NCBI RefSeq assembly: GCF_009914755.1
Contig: NC_060932.1
DNA: 64,000 nucleotides
Source: the human T2T-CHM13v2.0 reference genome, Homo sapiens
Direction: 5' to 3' (one strand)
A program made the position numbers and the translations under genes. Shown piece by piece: positions 28,400-45,419 of the stretch. A model generated the notes under the pieces. The model ran no database searches, was not told the DNA's origin, and saw only the letters and a list, made by a program, of their open reading frames with translations. Numbering within the stretch: position 1 is the stretch's first letter; each line of letters opens with the position of its first letter.

Positions 28400-28990
28400 T
28401 CAGCCACAAGGAGGGAGGTAGTCATACACCAACCTAAGAGCTTCAGTTTTATATTACAGTATATAATAGGTCCAAAGCACCGTGAATACACAGGAAGGGA
28501 AGAGTTTTCTTCCAGTTGAGAGAGTGGTGAAAGAATCATGGAAGACATGTGATGAATTATACTCTGAAGGACAGGTAGGGTTTAGGTAGATAAAATGGTG
28601 GGAAGGCATCCCAAGAGGTAAAGAGGTTGTACAAAGTCAGAGGGAATGGGAGCCTTGAGTACTCTGATGTAGCTAAAATCTTGCAAAGGTGAAATATACA
28701 TTGTGGGAAGACAAAGCTGGATGATGGATGGATGGGAGCTGGATTATGGAGGGTCATGAATGCCATGCTAAGGAATTTGGACATTATTCTGTAAGTGGAA
28801 GGGTGTTGAGCAGGAGGACGGTATACTCTGAGCTATGCTTTAATTCTGAACAAGGGAAGGATGGTCTGAGAGAAGAGATTGTAGCCAGAAAAACCAGTGA
28901 GGAGGTTACTTCTGTATTCTTGTCCAGAAGTAACATGTCCTTATCTAGGCTGACAGCAGGCAGATGGAGAGAAGGAGATGGATGACAGAA
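28400..28990. mobile_element. L2 fragment
   Basis: Degenerate L2-like purine-rich text (gaatgccatgctaaggaatttggacattattctgta). Confidence 0.6.
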
Positions 28991-28992
28991 AC

Positions 28993-29329
28993 ACAGTCAT
29001 GCATTGCTTATGCTTTGTTAGGCAATTCCATCATTGTGGGAATATCAAAGAGTGAATTTATACAAACCTAGATGGTATAGCCTACCACACACCTAGGCTA
29101 TATGGTATAGGCTACTGTTCCAAGGCTACAAACCTCTACAGCATGTTACTGTTTATACCAGCATCACCACAAACATGTGCAATGCATTGCAGTATAATAT
29201 TACAAAGGCTATGATGTCACTAGGTGATAGGAATTTTTCAACTCCGTCATAATCTTATGGAACCACCATGTATATATATATATGCAGTCCATCGTTGACT
29301 GAAGCATCATAACGCAGCACATGACTATA
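28993..29329 (+). mobile_element. Tigger3a/MER7-like DNA transposon
   Basis: cagtcatgcattgctta...caaacctagatggtatagcctac...gcagcacatgacta. Confidence 0.75.
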
Positions 29330-29443
29330 CTGAAGAGGTGAAGCCCACAAGATCTGGCTGAATCCACCCAGAGAGAATATATCAAAATAGGAAATATAAA
29401 CTACTTGGTACTTTTTTCAGAGTGAAGTTCTTTAGCAACATAC

Positions 29444-29539
29444 CTGAAAAACAGATAATCACACGATTTGTCCCACATATAGTCATCATAGCTGACTACC
29501 AAGAAATCACAGGCTATACAACGCAGATGGTCACATGCT
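29444..29539 (-). CDS. CFAP418: CFAP418 exon 5, 96 nt
   Basis: ctctgaacag|AGCATGTGAC...TTTTTCAG|gtatgt. Encodes [32 protein letters not shown], including a CxxC motif. Confidence 0.96.
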
Positions 29540-30283
29540 CTGTTCAGAGAAAAAAAATTGTATATTAAAGATTATTGGTATCTTTAAATACCAATGAAAA
29601 CATGGTGATTTATTTATAGGATACACCACATATTACAGATTACTGAATAAACAACAGAAAAGTACAGATTAATCTGATTATAAATCTTTATACTAAAGCA
29701 TTATTTACGGTCTAAACCTTAAGGTTAAATTTTTGCACAAACCTACCTATTTTACTATGATCTTGTACACTGAACTTACACATATATTATATAGATATGA
29801 AAGAAAATAGATTTGTAGATCTTTTAATTCCATGGTTTTCAAATTACGTCTGAGGGAGATCGTCATATAAGCTAACTTCTTTAAATGCTCCCCTTCCTAC
29901 TGAAATTTTCAGGAATATCTCTACCGAAGAATATGTCACATGACATTGAAATGAATCTGTTTTTCAGATAAGCTGCTTAAGCGCTGGGAAAAGATTGTAT
30001 TTGTTTGCTTCCTCACAACTTGGCATAATGCATTCATTCACTCAAAAAATATTTATTGAGAGTCTGGTATGTGCTAATGAGATTCTGTCTTCATAGAGCT
30101 TTGATTGCAGTGAGAGAAGAAACAAACAATGCTCATGATAACTAGACTATATACTAACCTGGAGGGATATCTGAAGCAAGGTGCACACTAACATATATAG
30201 CATGATCCTATTTTTGTAAAAACGACCCCCACAAAAAATTCCTATATAGGTGGCTAGAAGTTTATAAGAACATGGAGCAAAAT

Positions 30284-30628
<345 letters not shown>

Positions 30629-32149
30629 TCAGGAGTGGTTGAAGGGAAGGAAGGGAGATTATTATCTTTTTCTTTATACATGTTTCAATTTTGTTTTTAT
30701 TCTTTCATTAAGCACATAATACTTCTGTAATGAAAAAATAAACTCATCATTAGATTTTTTTCATTTATTTCCCTTCAAAGTTCAGATACGCTAATTTCAA
30801 AATGCAAATACTTTTGGCCTGAAAATTTCTTTGAGAATAAATGCTTTGTATTTCTAAAAATACTATTAACCATAATAATAATGAAACATTTAAAACCTAT
30901 ACAAGTTTCATAGGCAAGTCCATATTTTCTTTCAAACTGTTAGCAATTTATGAAGTTGCATTTCTACATTTGGAAATTCAACAACTACATTTGTACACAT
31001 TTGAACTCAGACTTCGAATGTACAAGTCAGGAAATGCAAATTGATAGTTCCCAAAGCTACTATGACCTGCTTTCTTATGCATATATAGTTTATTACATGA
31101 TTGCACAGAGTGTTAACTTTAATGCCTTAATACATATGTGCAATTTGGCTGAATTATTGCTGTTGTGGGAACTATAATTTAGAATTTCCTGACATTTTGT
31201 ATGTGTAAAATCTCAACCATAATGCTAAATACAGCTTTTTAATTTAATTTAAAATTTAGTAGTTTATTCAAATCTATTCACACCACCACATTTTCCTACA
31301 AACACTGTCCTTTGAGAAACATAAAACTAACTTGCAGCTAAGAAATCATTCCACTGCTACGATTTACTCTATTAGATCATAATTAGTACCAGTCTATGGA
31401 ATAATCCAGTCTTGCAAGTTGTTTAAAAAATAATTGAGAGTAAAATTCGATTGGCTTGAAAATGCCTTCGTTTTATCTGTAGTACTTATTACTGCCACCA
31501 TGCTTCCTACTACTATTCTCTCCCCTTTTCCACCAACAAGTGAAAGACAAATCTTTTTCTAAAATCTAAAGTCATTCAGCATTACCTCAAGCCAGAGCTG
31601 TATCTAGAAATCAAACAACGCAAATAGGCAGGATAGATTCAATTTCCTTTATGCCCTGGCCATGTAAATCAGTACTCTTTTCAGGGCTGAAATATATTTC
31701 TCTTTCATAACTATGTACATAAAAGCATATCTAATATAAAGTCATGACTCCAGTGAAAGACAAACTGTCAGGTCTTTCCCTCTAAAATGTAGAGGGAATC
31801 ACACATAAGATGTCACCAAGAGCTTTGTTCTTTTGTCCAGCTAAAAAGTAGAATTCACTATTTTAAAGATGTTTACGACAGGAATGCCCCAAATCCAACC
31901 CAATACAATCTTCTGCCCAGACACTGTGGTTCTCTGTTAAATCCTATCAGATCTGCACAATGGGACTAAAGAAACTTGATGTCTGGATAGTTTGAAGATA
32001 ACAGCAGTTCCAACAGCAACATCAGCTAAGATTCTTCCCATATTACATGGCTTTCTGCTAAGTGGTATAATAGAAAGCATAATGGATTAGGAATCAAGTA
32101 ACCAATCTGGATCCTTGCTTTGCAATAACTGATATGACCTTGAGCAAGG

Positions 32150-32970
32150 CACCTTATTTGGGAGTCATTCTTAACAACTTTCTTTCTTACCCTCCTTAGT
32201 CAATCACTGAATTCTGTCAATTCTATATTCTAAATATTTCAAATTTGACCTTTTCCCTATAGCCATTGCTACCACGCAGGTCACAGCTCCCATCTTCTCT
32301 TTCCTGGACCACTCTAACTACTGCCCATTGACTAGTCTTCCTGTGTCCTTTCCTGTCTTGCCCCTCCAACTCCCAAGCCATTTTCTGCACAGCAGCCAAC
32401 ATGACTTTTTTAAGAAACACAAATCTGGCCCATTGAACACAGGACAAACTTTTTCCAAAATCCTCAAAAGGATTACAGGACCCTAAGCCAAATGTCCCTC
32501 CACTCTCTCTCCAGCCCAGTCAGTGGCCATTCTTTCCCTACTCATTATGCTCCAGCATGGCCAGATACTCTCTGTTCCTTCCACCAGAGGAACACCCCCA
32601 GCTCCTCCCCTTCTCAGGGAGCTTCTAAACATGCGTGTGCTCTGGCTCCAATGGTCACCTCTCTTTGTCTAACTCCTACTCATTTTTCATATTGTGGTTT
32701 GATTATCTGCTCAGAGAAGTATTCCCTGACCCTTCATATTAGTTAGAGTGTCCATTATCTATGCTTATAGTATCCCATATGTTCCCTTTATGTCACATAT
32801 CAAATGGAAAATAAATACTTATTTGTGGAATAATCTATTTAAAGCCCATCTCCTCATCTAGACTGAAAGCTCATTGAAGACAGGAAGTGTCCATTTATTT
32901 GTTCATCAAAATTTGTTCATTTAATCCTTAGGACCTATCAGGTGGTTAATATGTGTTTGATGAATTTAAC
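32150..32970. mobile_element. L2 fragment
   Basis: Degenerate pyrimidine-rich L2 3' region ending ctagactgaaagctcattgaagacagg. Confidence 0.6.
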
Positions 32971-34811
32971 ACAAGTACCTCAATCTCTTCATTTATAAAA
33001 TGGAGGTAAAAATTCTTGATCAGCATCTTGGGTTTTTCTCTTGTGGAGCAGGTAAGTCAATATGCATATATAAAAAGTGCTCTGGACAGTATAAAGTACT
33101 TCACACATAAAATTTGCATATGCAGATGAACACATGTGTTTGTCTTTCTATGGGTGCAAATTCTGTTTCATGAAAGGGGCAACTAATAAAAAATCTGTGA
33201 ATACAAACATTTACCTGCGCATATATATGCAACTGGTATCTCTTCTTACAGCTGTGCAGGAGGTAGAAATCAGGTATAATTGATTTCGGCATCCCACTTG
33301 GACTAATAGTATGTGACAGGAGCCTCGAGCTATGAAAACAGGCTGTTCTTTGGTTTACTGAAATTCCATCTAACATAGATTTTGTCTGTGCTACAACTAA
33401 ATCAAAGTACGTACAAAATATTTCATACATAAGAAAATCTTAATGAAATGTTTACTTTTTAGAAGTAAACCAGAATGTATTTTTTTAAAAGATCATTTGT
33501 AAAAACAGAAGGCACCTGTAATTATATGTATTTCCTGAGATAAAATGGAAAACTAGTAGTAGAATAAAGATTCTTGTCCCTGAGATATAACGTAACAAGA
33601 AAGCAGGACTAATGGATGAGAAAGACACCTTAATTAGAACCCAGTGTGCCTGCAGTACCTAGCTGTCTTTTGCACCATAGGCATAGTTTTCATGTATTAT
33701 TTCATTTAATCCTCAGAGTATCTCCATGAAATATGTTTAGTTTTTAAGAGTGAGGAAACAGGTTTTAGAAGATAACATCCCTTCTTAAGGCTTCAGAGCT
33801 TGTAAGTGGCAGAGTGAGGCTTTGAACTCAGGCATTCTGTCATCAGAGCCCTTCCATTTCAGGCCACAGGAGTAATCATTTGCTTCTTTGTTCCTTACTG
33901 GCCAGTGTTTTGCCTTTTATTGATAAGCTAGCACAGGGTTTAGGACATGGGCATTCAATGGATTTAAAAAATCGAAAAAATTTAAATAGAAAAATCAATC
34001 TGCAGTGTGTGAATTAAACAGATAAGGCAGCAGGAGACATGCATTAGAAGGGAGTGTTGTTCCAGATAGGGAATAAATGTAAATATACTCAGACACAGAA
34101 AAACATAAGTGGAAAGTACAGAATGACAAGCATCCCAGTGGCAGTGGAATATCTGACCCAGGCTTTAATTGGAGCTGAAGGAACTAAAGAGAGAAGAGGA
34201 ACAACAAGGATAACAATTTGGTAAAGCAAATAGTGAGTTTAGAGTTAATGTGAGACAAATGGCAACTCTCACTTCCCTTCTGAATAGAGGAGAGGCACTC
34301 AGAATAGTATTTTAGGGATATTATCTTGAATGCTATATGTGGGTGATATTAGAAAAGATGTAAGTGGATGATAACTGGGAAACTGCTGCTGTGGCTCATG
34401 GGTGACTTGAGAGATGCCTGGAATAGAGGAGGCATGGCTCTGAAAATGACGGAGACAAGTCCCAACTGAGTTGAGACAGGCAATTTAGGACTGACAGCAA
34501 CAACACTACCTCTACAGGCAGTTTGTATCTCTAATTTTTTTGTACAGAGAGTCCTCAACACATGGTGATTCAATTACTATTAATTCTTCTTTATAGCTCT
34601 AACAGTAGGTAACATTCCAGTGGATTTATATTAGCCTGTTGGCTGCCTGGTGTTCCCATATAAGGCTTCTCCAGACTCCTAATTTCACTTTTGTCCTATA
34701 GCCCTACCTTCTGGGCATTGTCCTTCGATGTAGGCTGGCACCACCACAACCCTCCAACAATGTTTTTTTTAACTCCCACTTCTATTATTCAATATAATTA
34801 ATTTGCCCCAG

Positions 34812-36295
<1,484 letters not shown>

Positions 36296-37094
36296 AACAG
36301 TTAGCCCTCCAGAAATGTGGTCAACATGCAATCATATAACTTAGGCCATTCTTTCTTAAAAAATTAACAGAAAATAAGTGTTTTAGAAATAATTAGATAA
36401 AAGTATTTTAATAAAGTAAGTTAGGTAAGTAGACCTCTGCCAAAAATAGAACCAAAAGCAGCAGGAGAGTAGGGTTTGCTTAAAGCCAAACTGTTTGCCC
36501 ACATTATGAAAATGCCAATGGAATGTGCTAGGACTATGGGGCTAATATGGGTTTGGGGTAGGTGGCATCATGACTATAAGACTGCCCAGAAAGAGGTACT
36601 GAGTGAGAAAGTGGAGGCAGGAAGGGCAGGGAAGAGACAAAGAACATAAGGTTTTTGTTTTTGAAATATGTAAACATGTAAAATCAAGCAACTACGCTTG
36701 AGAATGTTTTGGGCAATGCAGACCTGTAGCTTTGCATGCTAATTGGCCAAGGCAGTGTGGGTAAGGCATCATGTATCTGCATGGCCACTTTGCTTCCACT
36801 GCCTGGAAGGAAGTTCACTCTCCTGTGTCCTGTGGAAACAAAGCTGGGACTGGAGTGATCCAGGCATTTCAAGTGGGGCTTAGAAAAGGGCATAAAATGA
36901 ATAATATGTACCTAACATCACAGCTTTCAATAGCTATCTCCCAAGAATAAAAAACAAAGAATTCTTAGATTAGCTAATAAAAATACCTCTCCTTATAAAA
37001 CAGATTGATGTGAAGATGATAACTACATTTTAACAATGGGGCATCCATTTGGAAAAAACCTAGTAAGAAAGTATAATACATTTCTGACAACCTA

Positions 37095-37271
<177 letters not shown>

Positions 37272-37723
37272 TCAAATTGTCTATTTTCCCTAGCAAGCCA
37301 ACCATTTCAAAGAAGAGATATTTATTGTAGGATCACTGCTTTATTGGATATAACCTGTACATTCAGGAACACTCAAGGAATTAAAATGAGTAAAAGAAAA
37401 ATGTGTTTGCCAAATAATGTAAGGGACAAAGTAAATACTGAAGAATATAACAGAACATTAATTTTGAGAAACTGTTCACACTTTTTTTAAATGGCAGAAA
37501 ATTATTTACAATAGCAATAATCCCCCATTTAATTTCCTTTACACAAAGGGGGTCACAGACCATAAGAACACTGAAGATATTGCTATTGGTCTTTCTCCTG
37601 AAGGCCAACCAATGCTTTGTTGTTCAATGTCACTGCTGTTTAAATGGTAACAAAATCTACTAGACTATGCTCATAGTGTTTGCTCAATAGTGTGTATAAT
37701 TCACCAAAGCAATCTCAACTTAC

Positions 37724-37788
37724 CTTTTACCAAGGCCTTCAATGGAAGCTCTGACAGATGTGTTACCTGAAGATTTAGATTTTAATTT
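37724..37788 (-). CDS. CFAP418: CFAP418 exon 3, 65 nt
   Basis: ttttaacag|AAATTAAAATCT...GGTAAAAG|gtaagt. Encodes [22 protein letters not shown]. Confidence 0.96.
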
Positions 37789-39267
37789 CTGTTAAAAAAG
37801 CAAAACAATAAAAGGCCATGAGTAACTTAGAAAACTGTAACATGAAAACTAATATTCCTTATAACAAGAATATTTTCTAAATGACTTAAATACAAATTTT
37901 CATGGCATCATTTTTAAGTTTCTGAAATAAAAACAATGATCAAAACCTTTTAAAGGCAAAAGGGAAGTAGAACTCCCTAAGGAATGTGCAAATTACTCTA
38001 CTAACTTTTAGGCTAGGAAACTGATATATTGCCATTATTAGCATGCTAAGATTTAGAGTCACTTTATAACTCTTCAGTTAATATTACAGTTCAATGATTT
38101 AATATGAAGGACCTGCTATTTAAAACTTCATTCTAGAAAAATTCAATTGAGGAGGAAAAAAACCTCAGACTCATTTTTAAAGGCTGTGAATGTGCGTCAT
38201 ATGAATTAAAATTAACCAAGCTCCTGTGTAACTTCAGGAATATTAATTTTGATCAAATGGAATGGCATCAACCAATAAATGTGCAAGGAAAATGTAGAAC
38301 TACCTAGTCACAACCATACAGTAGTTCCTATATGGTTACATAGTATCATCATCATTAGCAAGCATTTATTAAGTGTTAACTGGTATATGGTACCAAACAA
38401 CATAAACCAACCACACACTAGGACCACCGCCAAGGAGAGGAAGTGAGATGGAGAAAAGGCAATTTAAACTATGCAGAGACATGCCTTCATTTTACATAGT
38501 GGGTGAGGAAATTTAATAGAGGCGAAAATATTGTTTTACTATGTCTCTCAACTCTTATTTGATGTTAAGCAGAAATGGAAAAAATTTTGGTACATGTTTG
38601 AAAAATAATAATATGCACGAATCTTTCTGTTTGGGGAGCATGTTTCATGTGCCATCCAGACTCAGGCTTATGACTCTAAGCTGGCACACTCTGAGGTTTG
38701 TTGTTGGTTCCTGGGCTTTCTTGTGTGGGTCTGGGAACAGTTCAGAAATGCGACAGAATGGGAGAGCAGGAGGTGCGGTAAGGGAGTAGTATTGTCAGGG
38801 CATAATATAGCCTCTAATGACAACGTTGGCATAGACTATCTGTTTATCTATGTTTCTTTTGTTAATACATGTTTTTTTTTCCCAATAAATGTTTTACTTA
38901 GACCTGCTGTCTCCTTTGAAGGTTGGAAAACTGGACATAATACATAACTAAAAAAGGAAAAGATCATGATTAAAAATTTACTTCTTCATGATTATAAGAG
39001 CTACTTTTATTTCAAATTAGTATATCTTAAAGCCAAACCAGAGAAGTACTTATCTTCTTCTGAAACACCTTAACTGAAAAGATAGCGCCTCATATACAGA
39101 TATGCACCCTATTGGTACTTAATAAACAATGAATTGCTCAGATGATTAATGAAGAGCAACAAAATGATGTAATTTTTTTCTACCATTAATTAGTACTACT
39201 AATTGGCATTACTATTCAGTGCTTATGCACTTACTCAGTATTTAGGAAGTATTCTATTTGCAGGGTA

Positions 39268-39504
39268 CAGGTGACCCTTGAACAACATGCGTTTCAACTG
39301 CACAAGTCCACTTATATGTGGAATTTTTCCAACCAAACAAGGATCAAAAATACAGTATTTGTGGCATGCGAAACCCCACGTACAGAGGGCCAACTTTTCA
39401 TAAGGTGGGTTCTGTAAGGCTGACTGTGGAACTTGAGTATGTATGGATTTTGGTATATGTGGGGGTCCTGGAACCAATCCCTTGAGTATACCAAGGAATG
39501 ACTG
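39268..39504. mobile_element. MER8 / Tigger2-derived MITE
   Basis: TA-caggtgacccttg...caaggaatgactg-TA: terminal inverted repeats with TA duplication, 237 bp. Confidence 0.8.
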
Positions 39505-39829
39505 TATTTAATATTGCTATTGTGTTTACATATTATTCAACTTGGCATGTGCTTATTAATTTACTTCAGGTGAATTGAAAAAGTTTAATTTTCTAAAATC
39601 TATACTAGTCACTTGATTTTTAGTCTGGGTGACAAAAATGTAAGTGGTCCCTATCCATATTCTTACCACAACCATTACCTAGGTATTTTCAGTCCACTGT
39701 TTTGCTTTTATCTTCCCTATCCTTTAAAAAACAAAACCCTGGTACTATAGTTATTTCTTAAATTTTTTTGTGATCTTTGTAAATTAGACTTCTATTTTTG
39801 TATCTTTCTTTTAAATCTAACAGATAATG

Positions 39830-40530
39830 CTTGACACACACCATACTGATAAAAATTAAAATACATAAATTCTCATATACTGCCCAGTATGAAAAATGTT
39901 AAGTGATAAAGTCACTTTGGAAAACAATTTGGCAATGGGTAGAAAAGTTGAAGATGAGCACACCTTATGACCTAGGAATTCCTCTTCTAGCTTTATACAC
40001 CCTAGAGAAACTTCCGTATATGGGTAAAAGAAGCCATGTAAAGATATCTAATGAAGGCGTAATCACTGGTTTTCCCTGTGTACATGTCAAAATTTGTATG
40101 CCTTTTCTCCGATTAAAAAAAAGGTATCTGATGAAGCACTATTTGTAATAGCAAACAACTGAGCACAATCTAAATGTCCATCATCAGGGAAGTGGATAAA
40201 CTGTGGCAGAGTTATACAATGGACTACTGTACACAGTTAGAATTGTTTATGGTTATGTACATATGTAATGAAAGTATAAATGTATGGATGGAAAGGATAA
40301 ATGGTTATCTTTGGGAAGGAAGGCAATAGAATAGGATTTAGAGAGGTCTTAAACTATATCTTTAATTTGTACTTCTTTTTAAAAAAAAAGGTCCAGTAAA
40401 GCAAATGTGGCAAAACATTAATATATGTTTAATATGGGTGGCTGTCATGGTATGTTCAGTATATAGGTTGCTGTTATATTACTTTCTGAACTTTTTATGC
40501 AGCTAAAATAGACATACAAACATTTAAAAA
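39830..40530 (+). mobile_element. Old L1M 3' fragment
   Basis: cactttggaaaacaatttggca, tatgacctaggaattcctcttctag, aaatgtccatca. Confidence 0.7.
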
Positions 40531-40927
40531 ACTGAAATATTAACAATTTAGTCATTGCTTCATGGGATAAGAGCAATGGCATTGCATGTGAGGTGCTAAG
40601 CACATTCCTACAATGAAAGCTGTTTGTTTTTGGCCTTTTAGAAAAGTGTCCTTAGATACTACAAATAAATACAAGTGACCAGCTTGATGTGTGAGTTGAC
40701 TTCTATGCTAACAGCTTTTCTAATTTGTTATTCTTACTGAGAAATGCACAGGGAAACACATACTGAGAGTTTCTGATATTTTACTGCTTCTACTGCTCTT
40801 TAAGTGTAATAATTTCTTTAAGTAATTGTATTTCTCAGAATTCAAAAGATAATGGGTAGCTACTTGTGTCATCTTTAAGACTATTCTAAACATGTCTTGA
40901 AATAATGACAGAATTACTACATATTTA

Positions 40928-41116
<189 letters not shown>

Positions 41117-42324
41117 TTATTAGAGCTGATAATAGAAAGATAAAAGTGATTTTAATTTTTTTCACTGTGGATATAGTCTAAGTTTGTTGAGACAAAGATA
41201 TACTTTATCAGGTACAAATTCACATATGTTCTATACTATTACATACTTGATATTACATACTTCAGACATTTACAGCTATATACATTATATTCAAGAGGAA
41301 GCTGGGTATGTACTTATCTGAATTACATAAAGCATGTATTTAATACAAAATATGTGCAATAAGCAGAACCTGATATTATAAACAAAGATAATTTTAACGA
41401 GTCTTCCTGACTTTTCCCCTAAAGGTTGCATTGTAAGTCAACCATACCTCTTTACTAGAGGGGCCGAAGGTCATGTAATCAAATGACCACCTCCACCCCA
41501 AAAAAAGGTGCTATTTGTTAGACAGAATATCTCAACTACTCAACTACCTCTACCTTCTGCAGGCAAAGCCATCACTGGATTATTAATATAAACCACTACT
41601 GCATAGAACTTCTATTTAATAGCTGATGCTAAATAGCTAATAACTAAATAGTAAGTATTTACTGAATACTTACTATAACCCAGGCATTGTCCTTAGTCTT
41701 TACATGAGTATATCTTTATTTAACCCCAGTTTTATAGATGAAGAAAAGGCACTGAGAGATTCAGAAATCTGTTCAAGGTCATATAAGTAGTGGGAGAAAA
41801 GGCTTGGAATTGAATCTAGGGCAGTCCGTGCACTTAATACTATACAAGATTAACTTTCTTTAGCGTTTGTATGAAGTAGATGCTGTACATCAACTTTATA
41901 ACTTCATTAAATTATTTGTTTTAGAAGACAAGTTTTTTAGTCAAACTCTCTAATTTCAGAAATGTATTTACTCTGACAATTTTTAACATAGGCCTTCTTC
42001 ATTACATCTTGGAGTAAAATAATTTAACCTGATATAAGAAAAGCAAGAGACGGCTGCCTACTACCTAATGGTTGATTCTGTCTCCAGGCTTAGCCTCTTC
42101 AGTTGTACTGTAACTTTTACCCTTAATGTCTTTCACTGTATACTGGTTTCTTCCTTTGACTTAGAGGTATGCTCAAGGCTTGCTTCTTCAAAGAGACACT
42201 TCAAAAAACCCCTGTCTTGAAGCTGCCACCCTTTCTTACTCACTACTGAAGAATAGTCTATATCCACGATTTCTACTTCCTTACAAGTAGACTAGATTTA
42301 GAATCAGTTGGGTGCTAATCCTAG

Positions 42325-42555
42325 GCGGGGGTTTCTCAGCCTTGGAATTATGGACATTTTGGGTCAGATAATTCTCTGGGGTGTGTATGTGGGGGCAGGA
42401 GACTGTTGTATATTGCAGGACATTTTACAGCATCTACCCACTAGATGCTATTAAATAATAGCACACCCTTCCCCAGGTGCGACAATAAAAAATGTCTCCA
42501 GACATTGCCAAATGCCCCTTGGGTGGCAAAATCATCACCAGTCTAGAGATACCGA
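42325..42555. mobile_element. MER20 (hAT-Charlie)
   Basis: ggtttctcagccttgg...gacaataaaaaatgtctccagacattgccaaatg. Confidence 0.75.
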
Positions 42556-44575
42556 CTTAGTTTAAATTATTTAATCTCTCTGAAACTCAAATATTTTATC
42601 TATAAAAATGATATCTAGATGACTATTTAAAATTTCTTTCAGGTATAATATTCTACTTCTGGCCTCTAATCCCTCAACTATAGTGAAACTCTTCTCTCGA
42701 AGGTTTCCACTGCCCAAATCACTACAATCTAATGGTGGTTCTCAGTTCCAATCCTCTTTAATCTTTCAGAAGCATCTGACACTGTTGGGTACCAATTCCT
42801 TATATTTCTTTTTCGATAAGAGGTTGCTAAGATGTCCTCTTAAAATTCTCTCCTTTGGCTTTCAGGACATACTTTCCGGGTTCTCCTCCCTCATGCAATT
42901 TCACAATTTCAAGAATCAGATACATCCAAACTCCACCAACCTAATCAGTACTGTTACAGATCCAAATTACCAGCTTACATAAGATTCTGGTCTGTTCTTA
43001 GATCACACAATTTCAAAATGCCTACACTTGCCTATGCTTTGCTATAGTAATAACAATAAAGTCAACATTTCATTGAGAACTCATAATTTTAAAGGACTGT
43101 ATAAGACTCTTTTTGGTCTTTTGATGTGACAATAATCTCAATCAAATGTTAATAAGCTTTTACTGGTTCCCTTTCTGACTCTGTTTCTGACATTCTAATC
43201 TTTTAAAGATATAGTTTCTGCTGAAAATAAAACATATATTTAAGATAAAATATAAACACTTAAACCTATAATTAAATGTGAGAGGTATTATATAGAAAGC
43301 TTAAATCTAGATCTACTATGTCCTTGTGATTTAGCAATATGACTTTAGGCAAGTAACTAAGCATTGATTTGGTCAATGAAATGGGGATAACAGTATTCAC
43401 GCATGGGATTGTGAAGATTAAATGAAATAACATATACAAAGCACTTAGCATACAGAAAGAGCTCAATAAATGTTGGCTGTTATTATAGTTATCATCTAGA
43501 AAGCTATATTATCTTTAAATATTCCCATCTGTATCATCCTGAACCACTTTATTCCTATTGCAGTTCTTCTCAACCCACATCAGTCTTTTTTAATTTTTTT
43601 ACTAATCACATATTTCTTTTTATCATTTTGAACACTTCAACAAATTGCATGTTTTGACCTCTTACATTAGCAGTTGTTCCTGGTATCCAGATGTAGCATG
43701 GTCATTTATAGTATTATTTGCATTTATAGTATCATTTTAAGAGGTAATATTAGTATTTTAACTCTTATAAGAGATACAGGTTACACTGCTATACAATTAG
43801 TAGGTAATCTCCTGTCAATAAATTCAAACATAAATTGCTTCCTAGCTTTTAAGTATAAATTTTGGCTCAAGGAAAAATTTTAATATATAACATTATAAAC
43901 CAGGTTGGGACTATATTTGGTATAAGGTTTAGGCCCTTTGTTGCTGTTTTTTGTACAATTTACAACTACATTGCCAGATGAAAAGTTTTAATATAAATGA
44001 CAACAGTACTGTTTCACTAAGGCTTTTATGTTACTTAGTACTAAAAAAATCTAATGTATTAAGGTGGGCTGAGGTACTAGAAATATTATGGATGAATTTT
44101 AGTAGAGCAAGAACAGGCATGACACAACCCATGGTTGGAGAAGATCCACATAAATAGTCCTTTCCATTTTGAGCAGCTGGCTTCAATACATCCTGCCCCT
44201 CCGCATGCTAGTTCTCCTAAGATGAACAGCTCTGAAAAGCTCCTTGATAGACTAGTTCTATCCCCTAGAAGGACAAACGAAAAGTACTAAAGAAATTGCA
44301 AAGCAACACTGTTGTGGGATAGGGATGGTAGATGCGCTAATAGATACATAAGGAATTCCAGTACACAAGATAATAAAAGTTAATGAGAGTGATATTTACA
44401 ACATCCAGCCAAATGAGTGTTAGCCCATTCATAGTAATTATAGTTGTTTCTAATTTTTGTTTTAAAATGCTGCTCAGAACTCAACTAATTTTTAGAAATT
44501 TTGTTTATGTACTCCTTTAGAATTTTTTCGATGCTTTTATCTTCGCAGAGTGAATTTTTATAAATAAATGTCACT

Positions 44576-44872
44576 GACTGGGCACGGTGGCTCATGCCTG
44601 TAATCCCAGCACTTTGGGAGGCCGAGGTGGGTGGATCACGAGGTCAGGAGATCGAGACCATCCTGGCTAACACGGTGAAACCCCGTTTCTACCAGAAATA
44701 CAAAAAATTAGCCAGGCGTGGTGGCGGGCGCCTGTAGTCTCAGCTACTCGGGAGGCTGAGGCAGGGGAATGGGAGGCGGAGCTTGCAGTGAGCTGAGGTG
44801 GGCCACTGCACTCCAGCCTGGGCGACAGAGCGAAACTCAAAAATAAATAAATAAGTAAATAAAATAAATAAA
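44576..44872 (+). mobile_element. AluY-like with (AAAT)n tail, intron 1
   Basis: AluY diagnostics, small right-arm deletions, TSD aaataaat(g/a)tcactg. Confidence 0.92.
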
Positions 44873-45419
44873 TATCACTGGAGGTAAGCCAGGTGAACTG
44901 GATAGTAACAGAGTTGGATAATACTTTGGGAAATCACACATACACACACCAAAAAACCAAAACCAAACCAAAGATGCAGCAAAAAAATTAACGGAGATGA
45001 CGTTCTTAGATTGATCCAAAGTTGCCTCCGTGTAATTTCACAAGCGTTTCCAAAATATTCTAGGCAAGAGGCAATTTCCAAAAGATTCTAGCAAGAGTTA
45101 CTGAAGGTCAATATTCTTATGCAAACATTTTGTTTTTTTTTTTTGAGGGGTTGTGGGGGAAATGAGGAAGTGAAGGAAATCCTATTATTTAATAATTACA
45201 TGGAGGAAAAACGACTGGTAAATTTGAAAGGTAGTTTTTAGATAAAAAACCAAAATACCTTAAGAAATGTCCTTAAATTTCCATATGTATGTCTGGCACC
45301 CTTAACTAGGGGGCCATGGAGAGAAGGAAGGTAGACGGTTTAATGTTCACAATAATTAACCCTTTTGTAATGAATTTAATCTCATCTTAACTCCCTGAGT
45401 TAAAAAAATAAAACAAACT

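Noticed and set aside
37760-37772. CAG|GTAACA inside exon 3
   Set aside because: Weaker than the authentic AAG|GTAAGT donor and would leave a very small exon. No reason to think it is used.
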